Assembly (NCBI GenBank): GCA_038237665.1
Contig: JBBRYK010000006.1
Location: 4,907-68,906 of the forward strand
DNA from: Gaiellales bacterium
GTDB taxonomy: Bacteria; Actinomycetota; Thermoleophilia; Gaiellales; Gaiellaceae
Reading direction: 5' to 3'
Length of the DNA stretch: 64,000 bases
Part shown: positions 8,951 through 17,615 of the stretch, one piece after another
Layout of the letters: every line of letters starts with the position of its first letter
Position numbering within the stretch: the stretch's first letter is position 1
Notes under the pieces: model-generated
The model's database searches: none
Told to the model about the DNA's origin: nothing
What the model saw: the letters and a program-made list of their open reading frames with translations, nothing else
Made by a program: the position numbers and the translations under genes

Positions 8951-9444
8951 AGCGCGAAGAAGGCCGTTTGCCGGTCGCCCTGGAGCCGGACGTCGAAGCG
9001 CAGCGCCGCATCGGTGCTCTCCGCGACCAGGGTCGCGGCCTCGTCCCCGGCTGCCGCGAGCACCGGATCCGCCGCGTTGGCCTCCGCTTCGTCCGGGAAG
9101 TAGACGCGCGTGAGGACGGGCCTGAGCAGGCCGCGCGCGAACACGAGTATCACGAGGTGGGGCGCCTGGCCGTCGACCGGCCCCGGCTTCTCCGTCACGA
9201 ACGAGTAGCGGCCCTCGCCGTCGGTGCCGCAGCGCCCCCAGCCGAAGCTCGGCAAGTACGTTCCTTCGGGGCCGGCCTGCCAGATCTCGACCATCGCGTC
9301 GGGCACCGGCTCGTCGGCACCGTCGAGCACGCGGCCCTCGATTCGAAGGGCACCGCCGGGGACGAGCTCGTTCGACGGCAGCACGCAGAGGCCGATCGAG
9401 AAGAACGGCCCGACCGTCTGGGAGGGGGTCGGCAGAAGCGTCAA
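8947..9444 (-). CDS. pcaG: protocatechuate 3,4-dioxygenase alpha subunit
   Basis: TPSQTVGPFF...VEIWQAGPEG...GRCGTDGEGRYSF..KPG motifs. TTG start forms a TTGA overlap with the pcaH stop; the alternative start at 9501 is less likely. Confidence 0.8.
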   Translation of the reverse strand: MTLLPTPSQTVGPFFSIGLCVLPSNELVPGGALRIEGRVLDGADEPVPDAMVEIWQAGPEGTYLPSFGWGRCGTDGEGRYSFVTEKPGPVDGQAPHLVILVFARGLLRPVLTRVYFPDEAEANAADPVLAAAGDEAATLVAESTDAALRFDVRLQGDRQTAFFAL

Positions 9445-10106
9445 TCGTCCTCCATCGGCGTGGCACCCAGCACCACGTCGAACCGGTAGCCGAGCGCCCA
9501 CTCGGGCGCCGTAGTCTCCCAGTCGAACGTGCTGACCAGCCGCTCGCGGGCCTTCTGGTCGCGCACCGACTGGAAGATCGGGTCGAACTCGAACAGCGGG
9601 TCGCCGGGGAAGTACATCTGGGTCACGAGTCGCTGCGTGAACGCGCGTCCGAAGAGCGACAGGTGGATGTGCGCCGGACGCCAGCCGTTCGGGTGGTTGC
9701 GCCAGGGGTACGCACCGGGCTTGATCGTGGTGAAGCGGTAGTGACCGTCGGCGTCCGTGAGGCAGCGCCCGGCGCCGGTGAAGTTCGGGTCGACCGGCGC
9801 GGGGTGGCGGTCGTTCTCGTGCACGTAGCGGCCCGCGGCGTTCGCTTGCCAGATCTCGACGAGCGCGTTCCGAACGGGCCGGCCGTCGCTTTCGAGGACG
9901 CGGCCGCTGACGACGATGCGCTCGCCGAGCGGCTCGCCCGGGTGCTGCCGCGTCAGGTCGGCGTCCAGCTCGCCCAGCGCGCCCTCACCGAACACCGGTC
10001 CTGTCAGCTCCGACAGCGTGTGCGGCAGGGGCAGCAGCGGCTTCCGGGGTGCGCGGAGCGCAGTCGAGCGGTACTCGGGATGGTCGTAGGGCGGGTCGAG
10101 GGTCAC
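9441..10106 (-). CDS. pcaH: protocatechuate 3,4-dioxygenase beta subunit
   Basis: 221 aa with VEIWQANAAGRYVHE, GAGRCLTDADGHYRFTTIKPGAYPW and RPAHIHLSLFG (iron-ligand region). Confidence 0.9.
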   Translation of the reverse strand: MTLDPPYDHPEYRSTALRAPRKPLLPLPHTLSELTGPVFGEGALGELDADLTRQHPGEPLGERIVVSGRVLESDGRPVRNALVEIWQANAAGRYVHENDRHPAPVDPNFTGAGRCLTDADGHYRFTTIKPGAYPWRNHPNGWRPAHIHLSLFGRAFTQRLVTQMYFPGDPLFEFDPIFQSVRDQKARERLVSTFDWETTAPEWALGYRFDVVLGATPMEDD

Positions 10107-10807
10107 GAGGCCACCTTCAGGGTTCTCAGCGCATCGAGCTCGGCCGGCGTCGGCTCCTCACCGGTCGCGACCGTGCCTCCCAGACGCAGCCTCCAGCCGG
10201 TGGCCGCGCGGGCGTCGTCGGCGCTGACACCCGGATGCAGCTCGGTCATGGTCAGCTCGTCCGTCTCCGGATCCGGCTCGAGGATCCCGAGGTCGGTGAC
10301 GACGACCCGCACCCGGCCGCGGCCTACGGTCGAGCAGAAGTCGAGCTCCTTGACGAACGTCCGCGGCGACTGGCGGAGCATGACGAACGTCTCCCGGCAG
10401 GAGGACGCGATCTCGGGCGCGCCTCCGGCGCCGGGCAGCCGGACCTTCGGGTGCTCGTAGTCGCCGATCACGGTGCTGTTCAGGTTGCCGAAGCGGTCGA
10501 TCTGAGCGGCGCCGAGAAAACCGACGTCGACGCGTCCGGCCTGCAGCCAGTAGCTGAAGATCTCCGGCACGGACACGACTGCATCGGCCGTCTCGGCGAG
10601 CTCGCCGTCCCCGATCGACAGCGGCAGGTGCTCCGGCTTCGCCCCGATCGTGCCGCTCTCGTAGATGAGCACGCACTTCGGCGCGTGCGTGGCGCGGGCG
10701 AGGTTCGCGGCGCGGCTGGGCAGGCCGATGCCCACGAAGCAAACGGTTCCTTCGGCGAGCCGTCGTGCGGCCGCGACGGCCATCATCTCCTCGGCGGTGT
10801 AGGTCAT
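10103..10807 (-). CDS. pcaJ: 3-oxoadipate CoA-transferase subunit B (glutaconate-CoA-transferase-type)
   Basis: 234 aa starting MTYTAEEMMAVAAARRL, with ESGTIG and GAAQIDRFGNLNST motifs. ATGA overlap with the pcaI stop. Assignment rests on family plus pca context. Confidence 0.8.
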   Translation of the reverse strand: MTYTAEEMMAVAAARRLAEGTVCFVGIGLPSRAANLARATHAPKCVLIYESGTIGAKPEHLPLSIGDGELAETADAVVSVPEIFSYWLQAGRVDVGFLGAAQIDRFGNLNSTVIGDYEHPKVRLPGAGGAPEIASSCRETFVMLRQSPRTFVKELDFCSTVGRGRVRVVVTDLGILEPDPETDELTMTELHPGVSADDARAATGWRLRLGGTVATGEEPTPAELDALRTLKVAS

Positions 10808-11622
10808 ACGGGCATCGTCCGGACCTGGAGCACGTGTTCTTCCATCCACTCGGTGAAGCGGTCGCGGTCGCGGCTGATCTCGTCCCACGCGAGGTAGAAC
10901 GCGTTGTCGCGGTCGTAGTAGCCGTGGGCATACGACGGATGCGCCCCGCCGGGGGCGATCGACACGGCCGTGATCGTCCACGACGGGAGCACGATCCCGC
11001 CGGGCCGGAGCTCCAGGCGCGGGACGACCTCCTCGACGGTGACGAGCGACCTCGCCGATGCCAGCACGGTTTCCTTCTGCACGCCGGTGATCCCCCACAG
11101 CTGGACGTTCCCGTCCTCGTCCGACTGCTGCGCATGGACGATCCCCACGTCCGGCCGGAGAGCCGGCACAGCCTCGAGCGTCTCGCCCGTAAAGGGACAG
11201 GTCACTTCTGCCACCCGCGTCTTCTCTGCGAGATCCGTGCCGCGGTAGCCCCGGAGGACGCCGAACGGCAGGTTCGCCGCACCGGCGGCGTACGCCGCCG
11301 CCATCCCGGCATGCGAGTGCTCCTCGAGCTCCAACGGCTGCGGCCAGCCGTTCTCGACCGCGTCGCGGAACCGGCGCAGCGACCCGACGCCGGGGTTCCC
11401 GCCCCACGAGAAGACGAGCTTGCGGGCGCAGCCCATGCCGATCAGCTGGTCGTAGACGAGGTCCGGCGTGAGCCGCACGAGCGTCAGGTCGCGCCGCCCC
11501 TGACGGATCAGCTCGTGTCCCGCCGCGTGTGGGATCAGGTGCGTGAAGCCCTCGAGCGCGACGACGTCCCCGTCGTGGACGAGCTCTGCAATCGCGTCAT
11601 GGAGGGGGATGACGTGGGCCAC
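10804..11622 (-). CDS. pcaI: 3-oxoadipate CoA-transferase subunit A (glutaconate-CoA-transferase-type)
   Basis: 272 aa; the CoA-transferase A-subunit pattern (VVALEGFTHLIP...SWGGNPG...) seen in actinobacterial PcaI. Confidence 0.8.
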   Translation of the reverse strand: MAHVIPLHDAIAELVHDGDVVALEGFTHLIPHAAGHELIRQGRRDLTLVRLTPDLVYDQLIGMGCARKLVFSWGGNPGVGSLRRFRDAVENGWPQPLELEEHSHAGMAAAYAAGAANLPFGVLRGYRGTDLAEKTRVAEVTCPFTGETLEAVPALRPDVGIVHAQQSDEDGNVQLWGITGVQKETVLASARSLVTVEEVVPRLELRPGGIVLPSWTITAVSIAPGGAHPSYAHGYYDRDNAFYLAWDEISRDRDRFTEWMEEHVLQVRTMPV

Positions 11623-11625
11623 GGC

Positions 11626-13098
11626 TCAGAACGGGAACGGGTGTGGTTTGCTCGTGACGGTGATCCAGCGGAGCTCTGTGAATTCGTCGACGAGAGCGGT
11701 GCCGCCGAAGCGTCCGAAGCCGCTGTCCTTGACGCCGCCGAACGGCATCTGCGGCTCGTCGCCGACGGGTTGGTCGTTGACGTGGACGATGCCCGCGTCG
11801 ATCCGCTGCGCAAGGGCGAGACCCCGGTCGGTGTCGGTCGTAATGATCCCCGACGAGAGGCCGTAGGTGGTCGCGTTCGCCCGCTCGACCGCCTCGTCGG
11901 CGCTGTCCACGATCTCGACCGCCGCCACCGGTCCAAACGTCTCGTGCTTTGCGAAGTCCGAGTCTTCCGGAACGTCGGTCAAAAGCGTCGCCTGGTACGC
12001 GGGCCCCGTGACCCCGCCTCCTGCCAGCACCTTCGCGCCCTTCTGCACTGCGTCGTCGACGCGGCTGCGAACGAGATCGAGTGCGCTCTCGTTGATCAGC
12101 GGTCCGATCACCGTGTCGCGCTCGCTCGGATCGCCGACCTTGAGACCCTTCGTCTTGGCCGCGAGCTTCTCGACGAACTCGTCGGCGATCGGCCGTTCGA
12201 CGATGATCTTCCGCGCCGACATGCAGATCTGGCCCTGGTGCATGAAGGCCCCAAACGCACTGGCATTGACCGCGTACTCGACGTCGGCGTCGGCGAGCAC
12301 GATCAGCGGGTTGTAGCCGCCGAGCTCGAGCACGACCCGCTTCAGCTGCTTGCCTGCGGCCTCGGCGAGCTTCCGGCCAGTGGCGGTGGAGCCCGTGAAG
12401 TTGATGCGCCGCACGGCGGGGTTCTCGACCAGCTCGTCGCCGATTTCGCCAGCCTCGCCGGGTGCATGCGTGACGATGTTCAGTACGCCCGGCGGCAGCC
12501 CCGCCTCCGTGAAGATCTCCCCCCAGAGCAGGCCGCCCGCGTACGGCGACAGCTCCGACGGCTTGAGCACGACCGTGTTGCCGAGCGCGATCGGGCCGGC
12601 GATCGACCGCGCGGAGAGGATGAGCGCGGCGTTCCAGGGCGCGATTGCCCCGACGACGCCGACTGGCCGCCGCAGGCCCATCGCGAACTGGCCGTGGTCG
12701 GAGGGGATCACCTCGCCGATCGGCGCATAGGCCAGCGCCGCCGCCTGCCGGAAGAGCCCGGGCACGAAGTGGAGCTGGAACATCGAGAAGCCGAAGGCGG
12801 ACCCGGTCTCGCGGATCAGCCAGCCGGCGACGTCCTCGAGCCGGCCCTCGAGAATATCTGCCGCCTTCAGGAAGATCCTCTGCTTCTCGGCCGGGGGGGT
12901 CTGCGACCACGCCGGGAACGCGGCGCTCGCCGCGTCGACCGCTCGGCGAGCGTCTTCGCGGGTGCCTGCGGCGACACGCCCGACAACCTCGCCCGTGTAC
13001 GGGTTGTAGTCGTCGAAGGTTGCGCCTCCGTCGGAGTCGACCCACTCGCCGCCGATGAAATGGCGGAAGTCCCGGGTCGCGGTCTCGGTCACGGTCAT
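11626..13098 (-). CDS. NAD(P)-dependent aldehyde dehydrogenase (aromatic aldehyde candidate)
   Basis: 490 aa from MTVTETATRDFRHFIGGEWV, with VVLELGGYNP and QGQICMSARK (catalytic Cys). A good SD (AAGGAGAGGAG) precedes the ATG at 13096-13098. Confidence 0.9.
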   Translation of the reverse strand: MTVTETATRDFRHFIGGEWVDSDGGATFDDYNPYTGEVVGRVAAGTREDARRAVDAASAAFPAWSQTPPAEKQRIFLKAADILEGRLEDVAGWLIRETGSAFGFSMFQLHFVPGLFRQAAALAYAPIGEVIPSDHGQFAMGLRRPVGVVGAIAPWNAALILSARSIAGPIALGNTVVLKPSELSPYAGGLLWGEIFTEAGLPPGVLNIVTHAPGEAGEIGDELVENPAVRRINFTGSTATGRKLAEAAGKQLKRVVLELGGYNPLIVLADADVEYAVNASAFGAFMHQGQICMSARKIIVERPIADEFVEKLAAKTKGLKVGDPSERDTVIGPLINESALDLVRSRVDDAVQKGAKVLAGGGVTGPAYQATLLTDVPEDSDFAKHETFGPVAAVEIVDSADEAVERANATTYGLSSGIITTDTDRGLALAQRIDAGIVHVNDQPVGDEPQMPFGGVKDSGFGRFGGTALVDEFTELRWITVTSKPHPFPF

Positions 13099-13112
13099 CT
13101 CGTCTCCTCTCC

Positions 13113-14216
13113 TTACTGCATCCTCAGGACTGGCTTGATCACGCGGCCGTTCTCTGCGTCGTGTGCGGCCTCCTCGATCCGGTCGAAGTCGTAGAAGGTC
13201 ATCATCCGCTCGACCGGGAAGCGGCCCTGCTCCCACAGGTGGACGAGCCGGGGCAGGAACTGGTCGGGAATGCTGTCGCCCTCCACGATTCCGCGAATCG
13301 TCCGGCCGCCGACGAGGATCGTGTTCATGTCGAGCGACACCTCGGTGCCGAACGCGGGCGCCCCGATCAGCCCGCAGACGCCGGTCGGCGCCGTGCAGTC
13401 CAACGCCTGCCGAAAGACCTGCGGCGACGCCGTCGCCTCGATCGAGAAATCGACCCCTGCGCCCGTGATGGCACGGATCGTCTCGACCGCATCCTGCTCG
13501 CCCGCATTGACCACGTGCGTCGCGCCCAGCTCGCGCGCGAGCTCGAGCCGCGCCGGGTTGAGATCGATCCCGATGATCGTCGTGCAGCCGGCGATGACGC
13601 CGCCGAGCACCGCCGCGAGCCCGACTGCCCCGGTGCCAAAGACGGCGAGCGAGCTACCGGCGGGAGCACGAAGCGTGTTCAGCACCCCGCCCGCTCCCGT
13701 CTGGAGGCCGCAGCCGAACGGCGCCGCGACCTCAAGCGGGATCTCACTGTCGAGCCTGACGACGTTCCGCTCGTTCGCGACCGAGTGGGTGGCAAAGCTC
13801 GACTGCCCGAAGAAGTGAGCGTGAATGGGCGCGCCGTCACGAGAGAGCGCGCTCGAGCCGTCGGCGGGGCGAGACGAGCCGAAGTTGTGCTCGAAGAAGC
13901 TGTGGCAGTACGAGGGACGGCCGCTGCTGCACGTCGAGCAGGTGCCGCAGGAATGGAAGCTCATGCCGACGCGGTCGCCGGGCGCCACCCGCGTTACTCC
14001 CGCGCCCACCTGCTCAACGACGCCGGCGCCTTCGTGGCCGAGCACCGCCGGCAGCGGTACCGGGTACCACTGGTCACGGCAGATCAGGTCGGTGTGGCAG
14101 ATCCCGGCCGCCGCCACCTTGACGAGCACCTCGTCCGCCCGCAGCTCGCCCAGGTCGAGCTCCTGCAGCTCGAAGGGCGCGCCCTTGCTCTCGGTCACGG
14201 CGGCGGTGATGCGCAT
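13113..14216 (-). CDS. zinc-dependent aryl-alcohol dehydrogenase (XylB-like)
   Basis: 367 aa: MRITAAVTESKGAPFELQELDL...GICHTDL...GHEGAGVVEQVG...CGTCSTCSSG. The start codon shares 1 nt with the upstream stop (TGATG). Confidence 0.9.
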   Translation of the reverse strand: MRITAAVTESKGAPFELQELDLGELRADEVLVKVAAAGICHTDLICRDQWYPVPLPAVLGHEGAGVVEQVGAGVTRVAPGDRVGMSFHSCGTCSTCSSGRPSYCHSFFEHNFGSSRPADGSSALSRDGAPIHAHFFGQSSFATHSVANERNVVRLDSEIPLEVAAPFGCGLQTGAGGVLNTLRAPAGSSLAVFGTGAVGLAAVLGGVIAGCTTIIGIDLNPARLELARELGATHVVNAGEQDAVETIRAITGAGVDFSIEATASPQVFRQALDCTAPTGVCGLIGAPAFGTEVSLDMNTILVGGRTIRGIVEGDSIPDQFLPRLVHLWEQGRFPVERMMTFYDFDRIEEAAHDAENGRVIKPVLRMQ

Positions 14217-15259
14217 CAGGCCTCTCGCTCCTTCGCCGGCTGTAACCCGCGCAGCCGATAGCCGACCGGAAGCAGCTGTAGGCCGAAGCGCTCCTCGACC
14301 GTCCCCCAGATCCCGCGCGGCAAGAACATCGCGAACAGGACGGCGGCCGAGCCGAGGCCGACCAGGTACCAGACGCCCTGGTCGCCGAACTGATCCTGGA
14401 TGATGAAGAAGATCAGCGCGCCGATGATCGGGCCCTCGAACGTGCCTAGCCCACCCACGAGGGCCATGAAGATCATGTAGGCCGTCCACTGGACGTTGAA
14501 GTAGGAGTTCGGCTGGAAGGTGATGTTCGTCGCGAGCCAGAGTGCCCCGGCCGCACCGCAGCCGACCGCGGCGAGCACGAAGATGATCCACTTGCCGCCG
14601 AGCACCCGAACGCCCACCGACGCGGCGGCCTCCTCGTCGTCGCGGATCGCCTGCAGGGAGGCGCCGATGCGGCTGCGGAGCAGGACGAAGACAAGCCCGA
14701 GCAGGACCACCATCGCCCCGAGCGTCATCCAGTAGTTGTAGCTGCGTCGATCGTCCACGGAGAAGCCGTTGAGGGCGACGAGGGACGTGCCGGTGACGCC
14801 CCCGACGGAGCCGTCGAGGTTGACGAGCAGGTGGAAGACCTCGGCCACGACCCACATGCCGATCGCGAACACGCCGCCGTGGAGGCGCAGGGTGAAGAGC
14901 GACGTCGGGATCGCGACCGCGCCGGCGATCAGCGCGGCCAGAAGGAGCGCGAGGTACACGGTCACGCCCCAGTTCGACAGCTGGATCGTCGCGTAGGCAC
15001 CGATGCCGAAGAACGCCTGCTGGCCGACCGAGACGAGGCCTGCGTACCCCGCGAGCGCGTTCCACATCGCCGCCAGGATCACGTAGACGAACAGGGTCGT
15101 CAGCTTGTCGATCGCGTTCGCGCCGAGCGCCAACGGGACGAACGAGAGCGCTGCGACGAGCGCGAGCAGCGCGGTCACTGAGCCGACCGAGAGGCCGGTC
15201 CAGCGCTGGATCGTCAGCTCACGCCGAGCGGCCACGGCGACGTCCGAGGCGGCGTTCAT
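14216..15259 (-). CDS. branched-chain-type ABC transporter permease (LivM-like)
   Basis: 347 aa, multi-TM, starting MNAASDVAVAARR. ATGA overlap with the upstream permease gene. Confidence 0.85.
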   Translation of the reverse strand: MNAASDVAVAARRELTIQRWTGLSVGSVTALLALVAALSFVPLALGANAIDKLTTLFVYVILAAMWNALAGYAGLVSVGQQAFFGIGAYATIQLSNWGVTVYLALLLAALIAGAVAIPTSLFTLRLHGGVFAIGMWVVAEVFHLLVNLDGSVGGVTGTSLVALNGFSVDDRRSYNYWMTLGAMVVLLGLVFVLLRSRIGASLQAIRDDEEAAASVGVRVLGGKWIIFVLAAVGCGAAGALWLATNITFQPNSYFNVQWTAYMIFMALVGGLGTFEGPIIGALIFFIIQDQFGDQGVWYLVGLGSAAVLFAMFLPRGIWGTVEERFGLQLLPVGYRLRGLQPAKEREA

Positions 15260-16158
15260 ACGCGTTGTGCGAGGACGACGCGGAAGCCGCCCCGGCTCGA
15301 GACCTCGGTCAGGACCAGCCGGGCGGCAAGGATGGCGAGGAAGACGATGTGGCCGGCGATGATCTGCCACTGCGGGTTGAGCTGGGCACCGACGTTCTGC
15401 GCGACCCCGAGGATGATCCCGCCGGCGAGCGTCCCCCACAACGACCCGAGACCGCCGATGACGACGGCTTCGAAGGCGAAGATCAGCTGCGGCGGCCCGC
15501 TGTACGGGTCGAACGACGAACGCATGGCGAGAAAGACCCCGGCCAGCCCTGCCGTGGCGACGGCGATGCCGGCGGCGACCGCGTAGACGGACTTCGAGTT
15601 GATGCCGACGAGCTCCGCCGTGTCCGCGTCCTCCGCCGTAGCCCGCAGAGCGCGGCCGATCGGCGTCAGCCGCAGGAGCAGGTGGAGGCCGCCCAGCACC
15701 GTGACGGCGACGCCGAAGATGATCACGCTCAGGTGGCTGATGTAGATCTGGTCGGTGATCGTCCAGCTACTGAAGGCGAGATCGCCGATCTGGGGTCCGA
15801 GCGAGCGGGTGTCGGCCCCGTATTCCTCGAAGAGGACGTTCTGGACCACGATCGCGAGCCCGAACGTGGTGAGGAGCGGGACGAGCACGCCCGCGCGGAG
15901 GCTGCGCTCGAGCATCGTCCGCTGCAGCAGCCACCCGAGAACGGCCAGTGCAGGCAGCACGACAGCGAGCGAGACAAACGGGTCGAGCCCCGCGTGGTCG
16001 GCCAGCAGGAGGGTCAGGAACGCGCCGAGGATCGCGAGGTCGCCGTGGGCGAGGTTGATGATCCGCATGACGCCGAACATCAGCGAGAGGCCGCTGGCGA
16101 TCAGCGCGTAGTACCCGCCGAGGAGAACCCCCTGGATGATCTGGTTGAGCCAGATCAC
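15256..16158 (-). CDS. branched-chain-type ABC transporter permease (LivH-like)
   Basis: 300 aa from GTG (VIWLNQIIQGVLLGGYYALIASGLSLMFGVMRIINLAHGD). GTGA overlap with the LivF-like stop. Confidence 0.85.
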   Translation of the reverse strand: MIWLNQIIQGVLLGGYYALIASGLSLMFGVMRIINLAHGDLAILGAFLTLLLADHAGLDPFVSLAVVLPALAVLGWLLQRTMLERSLRAGVLVPLLTTFGLAIVVQNVLFEEYGADTRSLGPQIGDLAFSSWTITDQIYISHLSVIIFGVAVTVLGGLHLLLRLTPIGRALRATAEDADTAELVGINSKSVYAVAAGIAVATAGLAGVFLAMRSSFDPYSGPPQLIFAFEAVVIGGLGSLWGTLAGGIILGVAQNVGAQLNPQWQIIAGHIVFLAILAARLVLTEVSSRGGFRVVLAQRV

Positions 16159-16871
16159 GCGGCCGCGCCCCGCCGGAGGCCGAAATACGCATCGACGATC
16201 TGGTCCCGGGAGACCGCTGCCGCGTCCCGCTCGAGCACGATCCGGCCCTCGAGCATGCAGGCGACGCGCGTCGCGGTGCCGAGCGCTCGCGCCACATCCT
16301 GCTCCACGAGCACGACCGTGGTGCCCTGCCTGCCGACCGACGCGATCGTCTCGTAGAGCGCCTGCACGACAACGGGAGCGAGCCCCAGCGACACCTCGTC
16401 GAGCAGCAGCAGGCGCGGATTGGCCATCAGCGCCCGCCCGATCGCACACATCTGCTGCTCCCCGCCGGAGATGACGCGGGCGCGGCGCCTTGTCAGCTCG
16501 CGCAACGCCGGAAAGAGCCCGTAGACGGCGTCGAGGTTCCATGGCCCCTTGCGCCCGCTGCGACCCCCGACGAGGAGGTTCTCCTCGACGGTCAGGCCCG
16601 GGAACAGCCTCCGTCCTTCGGGGACGAGCGAGATGCCGAGCCGCACGCGGCGGTAGGCCGGGGCGGTAGTGACGTCGGCGCCGTCCAGCAGTACCCGTCC
16701 GGCCGCCGGGCGGTGAGCACCCGCGATCGCGCGGAGCAGCGTCGTCTTCCCGGCTCCGTTCGCGCCGACGAGGGCGAGCGTCTCACCCTCCTGCAGCTCG
16801 AGGTCGACGGCCCGCACTGCCTGCAGCAAGCCGTGGCGGACGTCGAGGCGCTCGACCTTGAGGAGACTCAC
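16155..16871 (-). CDS. ABC transporter ATP-binding protein (LivF-like)
   Basis: Walker A GANGAGKTT and signature ISGGEQQM. GTG start was placed by residue counting within the track ORF 16155-17237. Confidence 0.85.
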   Translation of the reverse strand: MSLLKVERLDVRHGLLQAVRAVDLELQEGETLALVGANGAGKTTLLRAIAGAHRPAAGRVLLDGADVTTAPAYRRVRLGISLVPEGRRLFPGLTVEENLLVGGRSGRKGPWNLDAVYGLFPALRELTRRRARVISGGEQQMCAIGRALMANPRLLLLDEVSLGLAPVVVQALYETIASVGRQGTTVVLVEQDVARALGTATRVACMLEGRIVLERDAAAVSRDQIVDAYFGLRRGAAA

Positions 16872-17605
16872 GCCGCACTCCCGAGATAGGCGTCGATGAC
16901 GGCTGCGTCGGCCATGACCTCCTCGGGCGCGCCGTCGGCGATCACCCGGCCCGCGTCCATGCAGACGAGACGTTCCACGACCTGCACGAGCACGTGCACG
17001 ATGTGCTCGATCCAGACGATCGCGATCCCGCGGTCGTGGAGGCTGCGGATCGTCTCGACCAGCTGGCTCGCCTCCGCGTCGGTGAGGCCGCCGCCGATCT
17101 CGTCCAGGAGCAGGACGACGGGATCCGTGACGACGGCGCGCGCCAGCTCCAGGCGCTTGCGATCGAGCAGCCCGAGGGTCTCCGCCCGCCGGTTCGCCAC
17201 CTGGAGCATCCCGGAGAGCTCGAGGGACTCGATGCACCGCGTGTAGCCCGCTCGTCCGTGATGCCCACCGCCGGCCGAGGCGGCGACGAAGACGTTCTCG
17301 AACACGGTCATCCCGCCGAAAGGCCGCGGCACCTGATGGGCCCGCGCGATCCCGCGGCGGCAGCGGGCTGCGGCGCGGAGCGGCGTCACGTCGGCGCCGC
17401 GAAACGTGACCTTTCCTTCCGAGGCCGGCAGCGCCCCCGAGAGGACGTTGAGCAGCGTCGTCTTGCCGGCCCCGTTGGGGCCGACGATCCCGATCGCCTC
17501 ACCTTCAAGGACTGTGAAGTCGACCTTCTGGAGGACGACCAGCGCGCCGAAGCGCTTGCGGAGCCCGACCGCGGCGAGCATCGAGGTGCCGTCGGCCGGG
17601 CTCAC
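16868..17605 (-). CDS. ABC transporter ATP-binding protein (LivG-like)
   Basis: Walker A GPNGAGKTT and Walker B LLLLDE; 245 aa. Confidence 0.85.
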   Translation of the reverse strand: MSPADGTSMLAAVGLRKRFGALVVLQKVDFTVLEGEAIGIVGPNGAGKTTLLNVLSGALPASEGKVTFRGADVTPLRAAARCRRGIARAHQVPRPFGGMTVFENVFVAASAGGGHHGRAGYTRCIESLELSGMLQVANRRAETLGLLDRKRLELARAVVTDPVVLLLDEIGGGLTDAEASQLVETIRSLHDRGIAIVWIEHIVHVLVQVVERLVCMDAGRVIADGAPEEVMADAAVIDAYLGSAA

Positions 17606-17615
17606 GCAGCGCAGG

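Noticed and set aside
10765-13194. Very long ORFs antisense to, or out of frame with, recognised genes. Examples: 10765-13194 (809 aa), 59114-60934 (606 aa), 28906-30870 (654 aa), 48020-49753 (577 aa), 28170-29846 (558 aa) and 7607-9103 (498 aa).
   Set aside because: They are Arg/Pro/Gly/Ala-rich with no recognisable motifs, and each lies opposite or out of frame with a gene carrying clear family signatures. Such shadow ORFs are expected in very GC-rich DNA because stop codons are rare.
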